DNA of 63,566 nucleotides, the filler included, from Asterionella formosa (lineage: Eukaryota), in NCBI GenBank assembly GCA_002256025.1. It is 12 parts of 12 records of this genome, joined end to end, with 100 filler letters (N's around TTAATTAATTAA, not from the genome) between each part and the next. Parts side by side here need not be neighbours in the genome. Positions count along the whole stretch, not along the records: positions 18,881 to 36,406 come from NKIB01004382.1; positions 36,507 to 37,598 come from NKIB01004383.1; 10 more parts are not named here. One strand, 5' to 3'. Under the pieces are notes generated by a model, which was not told the origin of the DNA, did not search any database, and saw only the letters and a list, made by a program, of their open reading frames with translations. Made by a program: the position numbers and the translations under genes. Shown here one piece after another: positions 24,296 through 37,148 of the stretch (its first letter is position 1; each line of letters begins with the position of its first letter).

Positions 24296-27200
24296 ATGGG
24301 GGAACCTCACTCCGATGTCGTTCTTGTGGGTCCTGACCTCAATGCATCCAGGACTCCGCTAGATAAGAAGGTCTATCGTCAGATTCTTCTTCCCAATGGA
24401 CTTCGAGCTGTTCTAATCTCGGATACACTGGCCATGGGTCAAGACTTCGTTCTTGATGATTCGGACGACGACGGCGAGGAGAAGGAGGAGGAGGAGGCCA
24501 ACGAGGAAAAAGGAGAAGACAATGATGACGATTCCTGCATAGAGGAGGAAAGCGAAGACGAATCTGATGCGAAACCAAAGAATAGAGCATCGGATGATGG
24601 TCTTCGAGATGCTGCAGCCGCTATGGTTGTTGGCGTTGGTTCCATGTTTGATCCACCGGAAGCCCAAGGCCTTGCCCACTTCCTTGAGCACATGCTGTTC
24701 ATGGGAACTGAAAAGTACCCAACGGAGAATGCGTATGATGCTTTTCTTTCTAAGCACGGAGGTGCCGACAACGCCTTCACAGAACTAGAATCTACAGTGT
24801 ATCATTTGTGTATTCCTCAAGAACGACTGTTTGAGGCGCTTGGCATGTTTTCCCAGTTCTTCATCGCTCCCCTGTTATTAGAAGAAGCGGTAGAAAGGGA
24901 AATGAACAGCATTGAATCAGAGTTTCAACTATCGAAAAACAGCGATCAATGTAGATTGCAGCAGTTGATGTGTCATAGCTCAGGAGGATTGGAGAGTGGA
25001 CATCCCTTTACAAAGTTTTCTTGGGGCAACTTAAAGACATTAAAGAATATTCCCGTTGAAGCAGGCATTGATGTGATGGATATGCTATGGAATTTCTACA
25101 ATCAATACTATTTTGCAAGAAATATGAGACTCGTTGTTATCGGGGCCTATACATTAGATGAGTTACAGGATCGAGTTGTGAAGGAGTTCAGTAATATTCC
25201 AGAAGGCCCTCGTGCCGCATTTGGGGAGTTTCCAATCCAATACAATGGATTAGGTTGGGATGCAATGCTCGAGTCGCCTATGCGTCAACTAAGCATGCCA
25301 TTGCAGCCGTCGTCGCTTAACAAAATTTACAGATTAGTGCCTGTCAGTGACCGGCACACATTGTCTATTACTTGGCAAATACCTTCGCAGATATCACACT
25401 GGAAGTCAAAACCTTGTGATTACATTTCCCATTTGCTTGGACACGAGTCGCAGGGTAGCCTCCTATCCTACTTGAAGGAAAAGTCTTGGGTAACGGAATG
25501 TTACTGTGGTGTTGGTTCCGAGGGTTTAGAGTTCGCGTCGTCCCATGCTCTGTTCACCGCAACCTTTTCGTTATCTGAGGAAGGAATGGATCATTGGGAG
25601 GAAATCGCGGAAGCGGCATATATCTATCTTGGCATGTTGCGTCATTATTCATGCAATGGAGGGCTTCCTGAATGGATCCACGACGAGTTGCGGCTCGCTC
25701 ATGAAGTGGCCTATATGTACGGAGACGAAGAATCGCCTGACGACTTGGTGGAAACACTAGCTGATAGTTTGGCGCCGCATTTTTGTCGTCCCGCAGATCG
25801 CCTGTTAGATGGAGATGATTTGTTGTTCGAGTTCAATGGCGAAGCCATCGGAGACTTGTTGGACAATTATCTAACACCCACGAATAGTCGGTTAGACCTC
25901 ATGTCCTCGATGTTTGGGCGGGCGTCAGACTTTCCCGATGACGGTGAGATTGACAATGGAGTAGACGTTGTCGTGGAGAACGGCAAGTTTGTGGTCGCGA
26001 CAGCTGGTCCCCCCAAGTTGGAACCAATGTTTGGTGGGCGATATTGGTGCCGGTCGTTGCCAGATTCGACGGTGGAACGTTGGACTAAGGCGTTTATGCC
26101 TAATATACCCCCAAATGGCTCCATGTCGCTACCGCCGAAGAATCCATTTATACCGGAAAACCTGAATCTGAAAGCTCTCCCTCCAGACGACAGTAACCAT
26201 CCACTCTTACATGCCTCGCTCATGATTTGTATCGTGGTCGGGAAGCGTAGGTCGTGGTTCCCCGGATGTGTCACGAAGTACAATAGCCTCAATGACCAAA
26301 TACTAGTTTCATACGAGGATGAAGAAGAGAAATGGCATAAAATTGATCTACCAGTATGTGACCTGAGCCCCTCACTTCTTCTTCCTGGCTTTGAAAGCAG
26401 TTTGGACAACAAGTCGATAAAGTTCCGTCTTGTTGCATTGGCAAAGGTCGGCGAAGGAGCTATCTTGAAATATGGGGACGATAGTGACCATCAAGTTGAC
26501 GAGGGCTCGTCCTTCCCCGCTATTCCCCCTGCTGCTCCTGAGAGCCGTTTGCCCCGGCTGGTTCACAACACCCAGTTGTTGAAACTTTGGCATTTACAAG
26601 ATCGTAAATTCAAGCGCCCAATCGCAGAACTTCGTGTGCGCCTCATTTGCCAAGGAGCCAACAAGACGCCGCTGCACAAGGCGTGTTCTGATCTCGTTGT
26701 CAAGCTTTGCGCAGATGCAGTTACGGAACTTTCGTATCTGGCCAGTATGTGTGAACTCGGAAGCAGTGAATCATCTAATGACGTTGGATTTTCTCTTCGC
26801 GTGCATGGTTTTAATGACAAATTATTGAATCTTTTTGAATCCATTTTCAGGGTTTTCTTAAGTTTTCGTGGACAAACTACGCTTCCGAGTATTGTTCAAG
26901 ATGGTCGGTTTAAGGCTTGCTTGGAAGTCCTTCGTCGAAATTATGCCAACTCAGGACTGAAAGCATCAAAATTATCTTCTGACGTACGGCTTCGATGCCT
27001 TCGAGGGACGACATGGTCCGCCTTCGCAAAGTTGAAATCTCTAGACGGCCTCACAGTTGAATTATTTACAAAGACTATTAACGATGTCATGAGTAAGCTT
27101 GCCGTCGAGGCCTTTTATCATGGCAATGTCGACAAGTCCGACTCAGACGAAGCCCGAAGACTAATTGTGAAGATGGTCGAGGACAGTGGCGGCGGCGGAC

Positions 27201-27937
27201 TTCCGAACGGGAAGTATCCTCGTCAACCGGTTACTATGTTGCCCCAATCCATTGACGCGGTCGTTGTCAGTGTCCCTTCTAAAGACACTTCAGAACCAAA
27301 CTCCGCCGTTGAGATGTATTTTCAGGTTGGAAAGGATCAGATCAAGGATAGAGTCATGATAGATCTTATTTCCCATCTTATGCATGAACCACTTTTCGAC
27401 CAAGTGAGAACTAAGGATCAATTCGGATACTCAGTCTCTTGCGATGCAAGATGGACCTATGGAATTATTGGATTGTATTTTCATATAGTATCAGCAACAA
27501 AGAGTGCATCCGAGATTACCAACAGAATCGAAAAATTCCTGGTTGACTTTCGCAAAGAATTAGTTGAAATGAAAAGTGAAACCTTCATGGAATATCTCGT
27601 TGGGCTAGCAAAGAAGAAGCTTGATATGTTTTACTCTCTTTCTGATGAATGTGACTTTTTCTGGGGGGAAATCACTGACGGTCGCCTTGATTGGCAGGCT
27701 TGGCGCAATGAAACCATTGTGCTGCGATCGATTACTAAGGAGCAGACCCTAGAATCGTTTGACCAGTGGATTATGCCCGGGAATTGTTTGCAGCGACGCT
27801 TGGTTGTTCAAGTCCTTGGTGGAAAGGAACGTCCAAATGTACTGAATGAATCTGAATGCCTGCAGATTATGGAAGATGGTGTTTCGGCTTTCCACAGCAA
27901 GGTGACTTCTACTTGGGGCAAAGTCTCATACTATTAA
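24296..27937 (+). CDS. M16A metallopeptidase (nardilysin/insulysin-like)
   Basis: GLAHFLEHMLFMGTEKYP (HxxEH), an N-terminal acidic stretch as in nardilysin, and FDQVRTKDQFGY. Confidence 0.92.
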   Translation: MGEPHSDVVLVGPDLNASRTPLDKKVYRQILLPNGLRAVLISDTLAMGQDFVLDDSDDDGEEKEEEEANEEKGEDNDDDSCIEEESEDESDAKPKNRASDDGLRDAAAAMVVGVGSMFDPPEAQGLAHFLEHMLFMGTEKYPTENAYDAFLSKHGGADNAFTELESTVYHLCIPQERLFEALGMFSQFFIAPLLLEEAVEREMNSIESEFQLSKNSDQCRLQQLMCHSSGGLESGHPFTKFSWGNLKTLKNIPVEAGIDVMDMLWNFYNQYYFARNMRLVVIGAYTLDELQDRVVKEFSNIPEGPRAAFGEFPIQYNGLGWDAMLESPMRQLSMPLQPSSLNKIYRLVPVSDRHTLSITWQIPSQISHWKSKPCDYISHLLGHESQGSLLSYLKEKSWVTECYCGVGSEGLEFASSHALFTATFSLSEEGMDHWEEIAEAAYIYLGMLRHYSCNGGLPEWIHDELRLAHEVAYMYGDEESPDDLVETLADSLAPHFCRPADRLLDGDDLLFEFNGEAIGDLLDNYLTPTNSRLDLMSSMFGRASDFPDDGEIDNGVDVVVENGKFVVATAGPPKLEPMFGGRYWCRSLPDSTVERWTKAFMPNIPPNGSMSLPPKNPFIPENLNLKALPPDDSNHPLLHASLMICIVVGKRRSWFPGCVTKYNSLNDQILVSYEDEEEKWHKIDLPVCDLSPSLLLPGFESSLDNKSIKFRLVALAKVGEGAILKYGDDSDHQVDEGSSFPAIPPAAPESRLPRLVHNTQLLKLWHLQDRKFKRPIAELRVRLICQGANKTPLHKACSDLVVKLCADAVTELSYLASMCELGSSESSNDVGFSLRVHGFNDKLLNLFESIFRVFLSFRGQTTLPSIVQDGRFKACLEVLRRNYANSGLKASKLSSDVRLRCLRGTTWSAFAKLKSLDGLTVELFTKTINDVMSKLAVEAFYHGNVDKSDSDEARRLIVKMVEDSGGGGLPNGKYPRQPVTMLPQSIDAVVVSVPSKDTSEPNSAVEMYFQVGKDQIKDRVMIDLISHLMHEPLFDQVRTKDQFGYSVSCDARWTYGIIGLYFHIVSATKSASEITNRIEKFLVDFRKELVEMKSETFMEYLVGLAKKKLDMFYSLSDECDFFWGEITDGRLDWQAWRNETIVLRSITKEQTLESFDQWIMPGNCLQRRLVVQVLGGKERPNVLNESECLQIMEDGVSAFHSKVTSTWGKVSYY

Positions 27938-28888
27938 TGATCAAACAAAATCCCATTCTTTGCTAGTTGTCTGAATTTGTAGAGCGTTTCACCTCCTAGA
28001 ACAAGAAAAAAGTAAATTTCAATAAAGGGCAGGGCTCCCATTCACTCTCTAACATTTTGGCCCCAGCTTAGCCCTAGTTTGGAGCAAAACATTGCTAGGG
28101 TTGTAAAATTGGCATGGAACAGGGAAATCATTGCTGTGAATTTGCATGATTCAAGTGTCCGCTCGGATATTTAAATTGAATGGAAATTGGTACCAGATTG
28201 GTAGAATTCCATTTTAAAACAAACATGATTTTTATATGTTTATTATATATCTTTGTTGATGTATTCAGATATAATATTACTCCATGCCAAAACACAGAGA
28301 TAAAACAGTGGTCTGCTGGTTTGTAAAATCATGGGTCTTGTTCAGATGACAAAAGAAATGATATACAGATTTTTATATTGAATCTTTGTTGCTGTAGGTA
28401 GATTAAATTTTCTACTCCCAATGGCATCTACATATCAGACAATCAGTGCGTAGTACTGATATGTAATCTTGGTTCATGATGATGGGAAAATTGTTGGTAC
28501 CAGGTACCAGCAGTAAACAGTACATCAAATACATTTTGTTCAAGTGTGGCTAGCATGTGGTTACAAGATCAGGAAACTCCAGCCAATCTGGAGCAGGTGA
28601 GTAAATTCAATTTAACCAATCAGACTATTTGTAGGGATGCAGTAACTTACCCTGGATTCTTTTCGGACTGAGAATTATGCAGCAAAACATACCAACACAA
28701 GACCCCTAGGTCTAGAAGAACCGTTTTGCATGTACAAATTCCAATTCCAATGTTTTGGCAACTGTTGAAAAGGCCAATCAGGTCGACTTTTTGGAAGAGG
28801 ATTGCTCTACATCTACCAGTATGGGGTTTCATGAAGAATGAAATAGATGGGTAGCCATGTACCCTATAATGTCAGGAGTTAACTTCTG

Positions 28889-29000
28889 GAGAGAAGTGGC
28901 AGTTATCCCTCATAGATTTTTTAGAATGCTTTATAGCCCCCTGTCTGTATTATTTTTTTATATAGTTAAAATTCCTTGAGGGATAACTGCCACTTCTCTC
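28889..29000. repeat. 112-bp inverted-repeat element (perfect 24-bp arms)
   Basis: GAGAGAAGTGGCAGTTATCCCTCA (28889-28912) and its exact reverse complement (28977-29000) enclose an AT-rich spacer. Confidence 0.85.
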
Positions 29001-29270
29001 GAGAAAAGAGGTCCTTACCATATCTGAATATAGAACATGCCCCTAAATAAAGCAATGACTGAATCTTAGCTTATGCAAAGTGGTGCTAGCTATTGATGGA
29101 AGCTAACTTTTACTTTTAACTATTTTATTTTGTTCTATGTAATGTGTGGATTGAGGTACATCATAAAAATATTTTGGGAAAATACAGACCTTGCAATGTG
29201 TAACTGTGGGGCTGCAACCTTATTCCAAAATTGAAATCCTTTTCCATAAAACGATTTAATACATACTTTT

Positions 29271-32029
29271 CTACAGTTCTGAGTCATCAAGAAAAGGCAT
29301 AGACTCAGGATCAGAATCAATTGCTAAATACAATTCCGCAAACGACAGCGAATCCTTGTATGACTGTTGGATGAAAGGTCATAATAAAGGATTAGGAAAA
29401 AGAAAAGATATAGCAATCGAAAACAATGGAATGAGACAAAGCCTGATGGCTGCATAATGGTTCAATGGCAAAGCTTACCCTTAACGCTGGACGCTTCGAT
29501 TTTCTTCTTTGCGCATTTAAAGCCTTCTGAATAAAGAAACAAAACATGCTGAAACTTATAGTTCCCTTTTGTTGGCAATAAGCATCCGCCATGAACCCCT
29601 CGATCATAGTTGCAATCACTTGAGCTTCGGCTGCATCCCAAGAAGTGATAGCCTTCTTGGGCCCCTTTCTCAGCGCAGCAGTGAGCTTTTCAATGCTGAC
29701 CACTTCAAAGTGCCAGTGATCAGGAGGATAATTTGGTTTTGCTTGTTCAAAGAGCTCCCGAGCCTTGTAGGCGAGATACACATTCTTCAGAATTTCTGCT
29801 TGTCTTTGCTTGCTGGGTTTTGGCATATCTGACAGCGGAATTTCCCTCCCTGACTGGAAAACGCTGGTCCTAACAGATGGATCTAAAACATATAGTCGAT
29901 CGCCATTGAAGCACCCATTTACACAACCAGTCAATAACCGGTCAAATGCAAGGAGGATTCCATGAAGAACGAACAAGGCCACAACTATTGGAGCCAGGGC
30001 CAAGCCAAATAGACATCCAAGCGCCCCGTGGGACCTAGCATATGAATCCGGCAGTACCATCAATTGGAATGGGGCCTTGACCAACAGCGAAATAAAACCA
30101 CCAATTGCTGATCTAATACCCTGTATGAAGGTGTTCACTTGTCCAAGTGCATAGATAGTGACAGCGTGTCGCCGTTCCCGATACGCTGTCTTCCGGTCCA
30201 CTTGTCTCAAAAGGTCAAAGATGATACCAAGCACGTAAACGACAGCCTCAAAGGGTGAGTGTGGGTTTCCACGTTTCTTTGGCCGAAGCAGCGCAGCAAC
30301 TTCAGTGGAAACTTTTAAACCATTGAAAGTAAGCCGATACCGGGCTAGCTGCGTTTCTCCCATGAGGAGTGAAACATCACAGAGCATGTTATCTCGAGGG
30401 ATACAATCAAGAAAATGCTGAAGGCCGCCACGAACCCCATCTTCCCTACTCATCTTTTCTGAAAGTACAACTGCATTTTTTCTTGTTTCGTCGCTACGTA
30501 GCTCGAGTAGTTTTTCTGCCAGAATTTCAGAAGTCAGCATATTTACTGGGCAAGGCGATGGTCCGACTTTGGCTCGATGCACCATCTCGGCCCACATAAA
30601 TTGATCTGCAAAAAATGGGCAAACAAGTGTTGGTAGACCGTAACGTAATCCAGCTGCAGTTGTTCCGGCGCCACCGTGATGAACCACTGCGCAACAATGG
30701 GGTAGCAACCAATCATGAGGAGCTGGTCCAACATTGCGGCAAAGTGGTTCTGCCGACACATCAAGCTTGGACCAACTCGATTGAACAACAATTCGAGTGC
30801 CTGAGCTCCGTGCCGCTTTCATAATAATGTCGGACAATTTGATTGTATCTTGAATGACCATGCTGCCAAATCCTATGAAAACTGGTTTCTCTCCTTCAGA
30901 AAACCAACTAATCAAATCAGCGAACTGTTCTGTATCAACTGTCGCTTGACCCTTCTCGTTAGAGGTGAATGTACCAACTACCCTGCATTGTTCTGGCCAA
31001 TCATCTGGTTTCGGAACAAAGCTGGGCGACCACATGTAAGACATGGGAATATGTGAGCGAACAATACTCTCAGCTCCCCCTTGTCCCACAAAAATTGGTG
31101 GTAAACGCAAAGTAAGGCGCCTCCAAAAGTTAATAGATGGTCCAAAAGAGACCCAAGCAAGCGTATCAAACGCAGCGTAACTCTGCTTATTCACTTGTCG
31201 TTCTTTCTCATAATCCATGCCTGCCCTGTAAGATTGAATCAGTGTCGCGGATGAGAAACTACAGAGAAAGCACACGTCGCGTCGGGGTGTCTAAACTCAC
31301 ATGGGATGAGGGAACGATCTCGTCGGATAGTACCAAGGCTGAGGGAACATAATGTGAAGGGGGATGCCAAGGGCCTCACATACATGAATGTGACCCATGG
31401 TGGGTGGGTTGGAAATAACTGCATCAGCTACAAATGGCTTGGCATCGTCGTCGTACGGATCAGGCTCTGTCACGGCAGGCCAACAAGAACGCATGATGTC
31501 GTTGACCATGGCTGTCTTCTTCGGAAGTAGTTGGGGGTTCACCGCTTCGCCCCAAAGCGATCCTCCAGTTTGTACCTGTATCGAGAAATCGAGGTGAAGG
31601 CATGTTGAATGATGCATCCCTACCTTGGTATACATTGACTGCGACAATTAGAGCACCTGGAGTAGTACTCACCATCCATTGTGACAACTGCTTTGGGTCT
31701 CCAGCGAGTGGGTAGTACTCCACGAGGCTGCTCACAACACTCTTGCGATGAGCTTCATGAGTGGCGATTCTCACTCGATGGCCCAGAGCTTGAAGCTCGT
31801 GCGCCAAGCCAATAAAAGGAATGACGTCGCCGTGAGTTCCACAGATCATGATGCATATGTTTAAACTCGGTAGCGGCAACTGGTGCGGCTGGCAACTAAC
31901 TGAGTTATTCTGGGAGGAGGCAAGTGATGCCTCAAGATCATCGTCGAGGATCACTACGGGTTCTGAAGCAAAAGTGACACTGCATTTCACGGCCTCGACA
32001 GGAGTGGATATCTCGGAGAACGTTGTCAT
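29271..32029 (-). CDS. Sterol 3-beta-glucosyltransferase-like (UGT80/UGT51, GT1); 4 exons (introns 31576-31672, 31226-31300, 29364-29478)
   Basis: [59 protein letters not shown] and PFFADQ; all splices are GT-AG and in frame. Confidence 0.88.
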
Positions 32030-32221
32030 GGTGTAGATCTGGTTGTCGAGCTACAATTGAGGATCAAATTGCATGTCTGGACTAGATTGCAACGGATCAT
32101 CACATAGGGCAGGTATTTAATAATTAGATAAAATACCGGTATATATAATGTAGAATTGGGCGGTAGTAAAATTCCATGTCACATTACCGGTAGTACCGTT
32201 GACACAATAATGCCAGTACTA

Positions 32222-32869
32222 CCGTATACTTCATTGTCCTGGACCCCCCAATGTACACTGCCGTGACTGAATTTGACTGATTTTACTTAAGGGGGGCCCA
32301 GGACAATGAAGAGATTTCCCTTATAATGGACCTAAGTAAATTTCTTTAGTTCTAGAGGATAGCGCACATTTTTCTAAGATGTATTAATATGACAATTATT
32401 TCCGTCTTGTCAAAAATGAGAGAGTTCTTCACCTCGCAAGAAAAACGCGACTTCATGTTGTTATCGGGGATCTCAATTTTCGTTGTCATTATTAGTGTTA
32501 TTACTTTACTTCTTTTACGATTGTATTTTCCATGTCGTTCTTAATACAGGTAGCAAGTAGCAAAGCGTCGTTCTCTATTTTCGTGGAGATAATTCGTATT
32601 TTCGTCATGGTCAAGGTTGCGACAACATCATGAAGGATTCTCCAGCTGCTCACAGCCACTACCTGTCGTCTCTTGTGTTTTGTATGTACAAAAGAATCGC
32701 AAAATGGTAGCTAAATTATTACATACTAGTGCCTACGAGGACAAAAAGAATCATGGCACGTTACTTTGTCTATGACAAGAAAATTATTGGGTGTTTGGTT
32801 CCACCTCGAGAAAAATGTACAGGGGGGTCCAGCAACCATAGGGGGGGTCCAGGACAATGAAGTATACGG
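32222..32869. mobile_element. Non-autonomous Tc1/mariner-pogo-type MITE, 648 bp
   Basis: Perfect 28-bp TIRs CCGTATACTTCATTGTCCTGGACCCCCC (32222-32249 and 32842-32869), flanked by TA on both sides; no transposase ORF. Confidence 0.88.
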
Positions 32870-33451
32870 TATACTGGTAAATAGACCAGGGTATCTCCAT
32901 ACCGGAAGGTTTACATCTTCTTTGCATACCGGTAATCATCTACAGTACCAGGTACCCGGTATGTATTTACAGGAACGATAATAAGTGGTACCGGTAGGGA
33001 CAAAACCGCCGAAATTTCGTTTTCGACTCAACGCACCAGGAGCATGCAAAGTCAAACAGCTGACCAGGTCGTATGATGTGCATCATACGTATGCATGGCA
33101 AACCACGTTTCGTTTCATATCACATTTTGTACCGGGGTGGTGCCTGCCAGTAATATATACCGTCATCTATGATACCGGTATATATCTGGATGTCGCGGTA
33201 ATTTTGCTGAAGTAAGGATGGCTTTCTTTTTCCCATGTTAAATTGTTTATTTAAAGAAAAATGACCGAATCTTTTTTCTGGTTGTTTTACATGCGAGTTG
33301 CGGTCATTTTCCTGAAACGGACAACCTGACAGCAACATATTTTATCATATATAAAGAACATCTTCTATTCACCATAATAGCACAATTCAGCGAAATAAAT
33401 AGCGGAATTCTTCTAATTGCAAAAACGAGAACACACAGCATATGACTATGG

Positions 33452-33540
33452 CTTTCAGGAAATTCCAATGAATTTCAGGAAATGCCTATGACTTTCAGGA
33501 AATGTAAGGAAACACAAGGAAATGTATGGAATTTCCTGAA
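33452..33540. repeat. Cluster of (T)TCAGGAAAT-like short repeats
   Basis: Five direct AGGAAA(T) copies plus one inverted ATTTCCTGAA; possibly TE subterminal repeats. Confidence 0.55.
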
Positions 33541-34858
33541 TTCTCCAAAATTACTCTTTTCTTGCCAAAGTGAAAAACCGCATATCCTTCGTTCTGGATT
33601 TACAGTACCGTACAAGATTCCCTACCGGTAATAGTTAGGATCATTTGAAATACCAGTAGTGGTGTTACTAACTATTATATATATGTACCGGTAGATGTAT
33701 TTTTTTTAGGAATAAGAAGACCCAGCATGCAAAGGAACTCATATTACGGTATGACCTAGTTTGTGTTGAGCACTGCAAATATACACCTACATGACCAACC
33801 AATTCATTCACATGCAAAAGCTCTTGAGTTTGACAGTGGACTATCTGGAGTTGAAACTGTGCAGGAATTCCTCACTTACGGTCCTATAGGAGTTATAATT
33901 AAGCTACTACAACGCTTTCACAGCCATCGCTGTGCAATGGACTTCGATTTAAAATTCATCATGAATGAACTCAACCACGACAACAACGTGATTGGATGGG
34001 TGAAATTATTAAAATGTATACATAAAATCTAATCATATGTATGTTGTTTATGTACAAAATTGTACTTAAGCTAAAAACATTTGTTTGGGGACATACCGGT
34101 ACTAGATTCGAGTTTGTACCCTGGTACCAGGTACCAGATACCTGGTACAACATGTGAAGTGCTTCATGTGTGTACTGGGCGGAATTTTCTACCTGATTTT
34201 TAAATTGTTGAATTTCGGGTTTGGAGCGACGAATCGAAGTGGCTGTTTGAATGCAATTCGTCCGATTACCGGTATACCCTGTATGTGGTTAAATACTGGA
34301 GTAACAATTATACAAAGGTACGCACATTGAAATAATAATCACCCTATGTATGACGTGGTTTCTGGGGGTATGTAGCAACGGTTGTGAACTTGACGAATCA
34401 TGACCTTGCATGCATAAGCGAACTCGTCTACCGGTATATTTATCTTATTGTTTTCACAGTGGTCACATTTCATTGGTGATTGGGCATGTGCCTGTTACAA
34501 TTGAGAAGCATCCGTAAGCCTCAGTCGACCTATGATTTCTGACGCATGTCGTCTCAACATCGAGTTATACGTAGCTCGCTAATCAAGAATACCAGGTACC
34601 GGGTACGTAGTTTGGAAACTACGACCGGTAACTATATACAGGTACAATAGCACCCTGGCAGTCACATGTGTTCTTACCAGAAACCTGGTATTGTTTCTAT
34701 TAAACCTGGAATTATTTCTATTACGCGGTGAACTTCTTGAACACTTCTGTGGCACTCCGTGATGCACATCAGAGTGGTGCTCACTATTTGCAAAGCAACA
34801 TTGCATGAATACCAAAGCGAACGGTAGACTTTACACCTCCTGTGTTTCGATTGATATC

Positions 34859-35272
34859 ATGTCGTCACCTCTCCCTGATATTTCACCCTCCCTCCTATCA
34901 TCAATGGAGGAATCGTCGTTGTCATATCCGTCTAATTCACTGCGGGAGAAGAAAAAGAGAAAAGATCTAATTATCTTCATTCGAGTCCTACTTGACCACC
35001 TGGAGAAAGAAAACCCCATGCTGCGCGAAATTTTCAGGGATGCTATGAAAGAAATCATTCAAGAGAACCGAAAAGGTAACCCTGATTATCAGCCACTAGC
35101 ATTTTCCGTCCAGAGACGCGCTCGTTCCCTTGTCGGGGAATGGCACTGGAGTCGAGTTTCGCGCGCAATCAACCGCTGTAAATGCTTCTCCAGGATTTCA
35201 GAGAGTCACCGGATCTCTGAATCAGAACATGACATCCAGACTATTCCAATCGTTGATGAATGCAAGAAATGA
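34859..35272 (+). CDS. Small diatom-type helical protein of unknown function
   Basis: FIRVLLDHLEKENP...IIQENRKGNPDYQPL...RSLVGEWHW resembles a recurring uncharacterised diatom domain. The start may be 34805 or 34859. Confidence 0.6.
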   Translation: MSSPLPDISPSLLSSMEESSLSYPSNSLREKKKRKDLIIFIRVLLDHLEKENPMLREIFRDAMKEIIQENRKGNPDYQPLAFSVQRRARSLVGEWHWSRVSRAINRCKCFSRISESHRISESEHDIQTIPIVDECKK

Positions 35273-37148
35273 TGGTCCGAATGCTGCATAGGGTGAGGAG
35301 GATGGGGGGGGGGAAGTTGCTCGCTCCAGATAATGGGTCGATGAAAGGAACAAACGGTACTATCAATAGAGTTACTATACACTCCAGAATGTTCAATTTA
35401 CCTATCATCTTATATATTACGTTCCAATGTCCACTCTTAATGATAAGAAATGATTAAAATTTTTACTATTCGTCCGAGCGGATTTACCCCATAAAGGAAG
35501 TAACAATTTTACTAGTCAACGTCCTTAGAGACCCACATTCTTGCCATAATGCTGTTCCAAAGGTATGTATGGTGTATTAAAGGTAGGTTAGCTGGGATAA
35601 GCTAATGTTGTCTACGTACTACCTTATTAGCTACCGGTAGAATCGGCACCCACCGCCAAGAAATAGTTACCACAATCGTCAACAGAAAAACATTGGGAAG
35701 CAAAATAACATTACCTGATGGCTAAGAATGCTATGTACCGGCATGAACACCGGTAAGTACACCATGTCTAGCTACCGATATGTAACGGAAAGAATAGGCT
35801 TAACGACTAGTGAATACCAGTAGTTATTGGTCCTGTTGCCACCTGCTTCATCCTCTCTTGTAGTCTAGTAGCTGGTCTGATTCCCTGAAGTCCGGAGCTA
35901 GAACTACATGCCGGTTTTATGAAGTAACAGCCAATTATACTTCTTATATTTACACAAAAATGCACTAAAACAAAACGCATGTGGTATGAATGTTATGTTA
36001 TTTCTTTTTGGGTGCCCCTCCAGGGTCCTCATGACGAGGATTACCAAGTCGCTCCACTTTTTTTGGTGCAAGATTCCTCGTATGATAACGGCACGGTATA
36101 GGCTACAACGAAATCATAAGCGACATGACACCATGGATTTGTGAACGTTCTAGATACTTATCGTATGTAACATGATAACCCCGGTACGTGGTAAGAAATG
36201 TAGGCGGCGACCCGCTACATATACCGGTATATAGCTAGGTATGTGTAACCACCGATTAATACTGGTGTGGAGGAGAGATGTTGCGGAATTTTCGATTCCC
36301 GAACAGTTTATGGAGATCATGAGATGAGAAGCGTCGTTGGTGGGGGCCAAACGACTCTGGACGCTCGCAGGTCATAATTGCTGGGGCAGGGAGAAGCGCG
36401 GAAGCANNNNNNNNNNNNNNNNNNNNNNNNNNNNNNNNNNNNNNNNNNNNTTAATTAATTAANNNNNNNNNNNNNNNNNNNNNNNNNNNNNNNNNNNNNN
36501 NNNNNNAGGCGGTGGAGAGGCTCAAACTTCAATTGGAGCAGGATCAGGAAAAAATTAATAATGTAATGCCATATTGGTAAATACCAATATAGAATAGCTT
36601 GTACTGATGTACCATGCGTCGTACCATCCATACAAGCAAATGCAATTATACTGCTGCTGTGGCCGCTGCTGTTGCTTTCCCATCAGGCAACATACAGTAA
36701 ATTCTACACACGAGTGTACCACAGGACGGAATCCAGAATCCGTTCGTATGCCATCCTTGATGTCGAAATCGGCAGAACGGCGTGATAAATAAAATTTTTA
36801 ATTTTTATCATACACATACATATATATGCCGGTATTATGTTCAAGGAGCATGGTGATATGGCACACTACCTGTAACCTGGTACCCTGCAAGTTGCGGTCA
36901 TTTTGCCGAAAATGGAACGCGGCGCCGGCAAGCACTCATATTTTTACTCCCCGCTGATATTACTTTCGCGCTGGCCAATATATTTCATTATTATCAAAAT
37001 CTAATTTTTAAGAATAATTTTCCGAACTTGCTACGAATTTTCCGAACTTTCTACGATTAGGGGGGTTTCCCCCCAATCACAATTTTGAGTTTCAAGACTC
37101 CTTATTCCAGAAATCTCCTAGTTTATGTGCATTTCTATTTCGGTATAA

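Noticed and set aside
33213..33592. Possible TIR element (AAGGAT...ATCCTT ends)
   Set aside because: The ends are only loosely complementary and no TSD was found.
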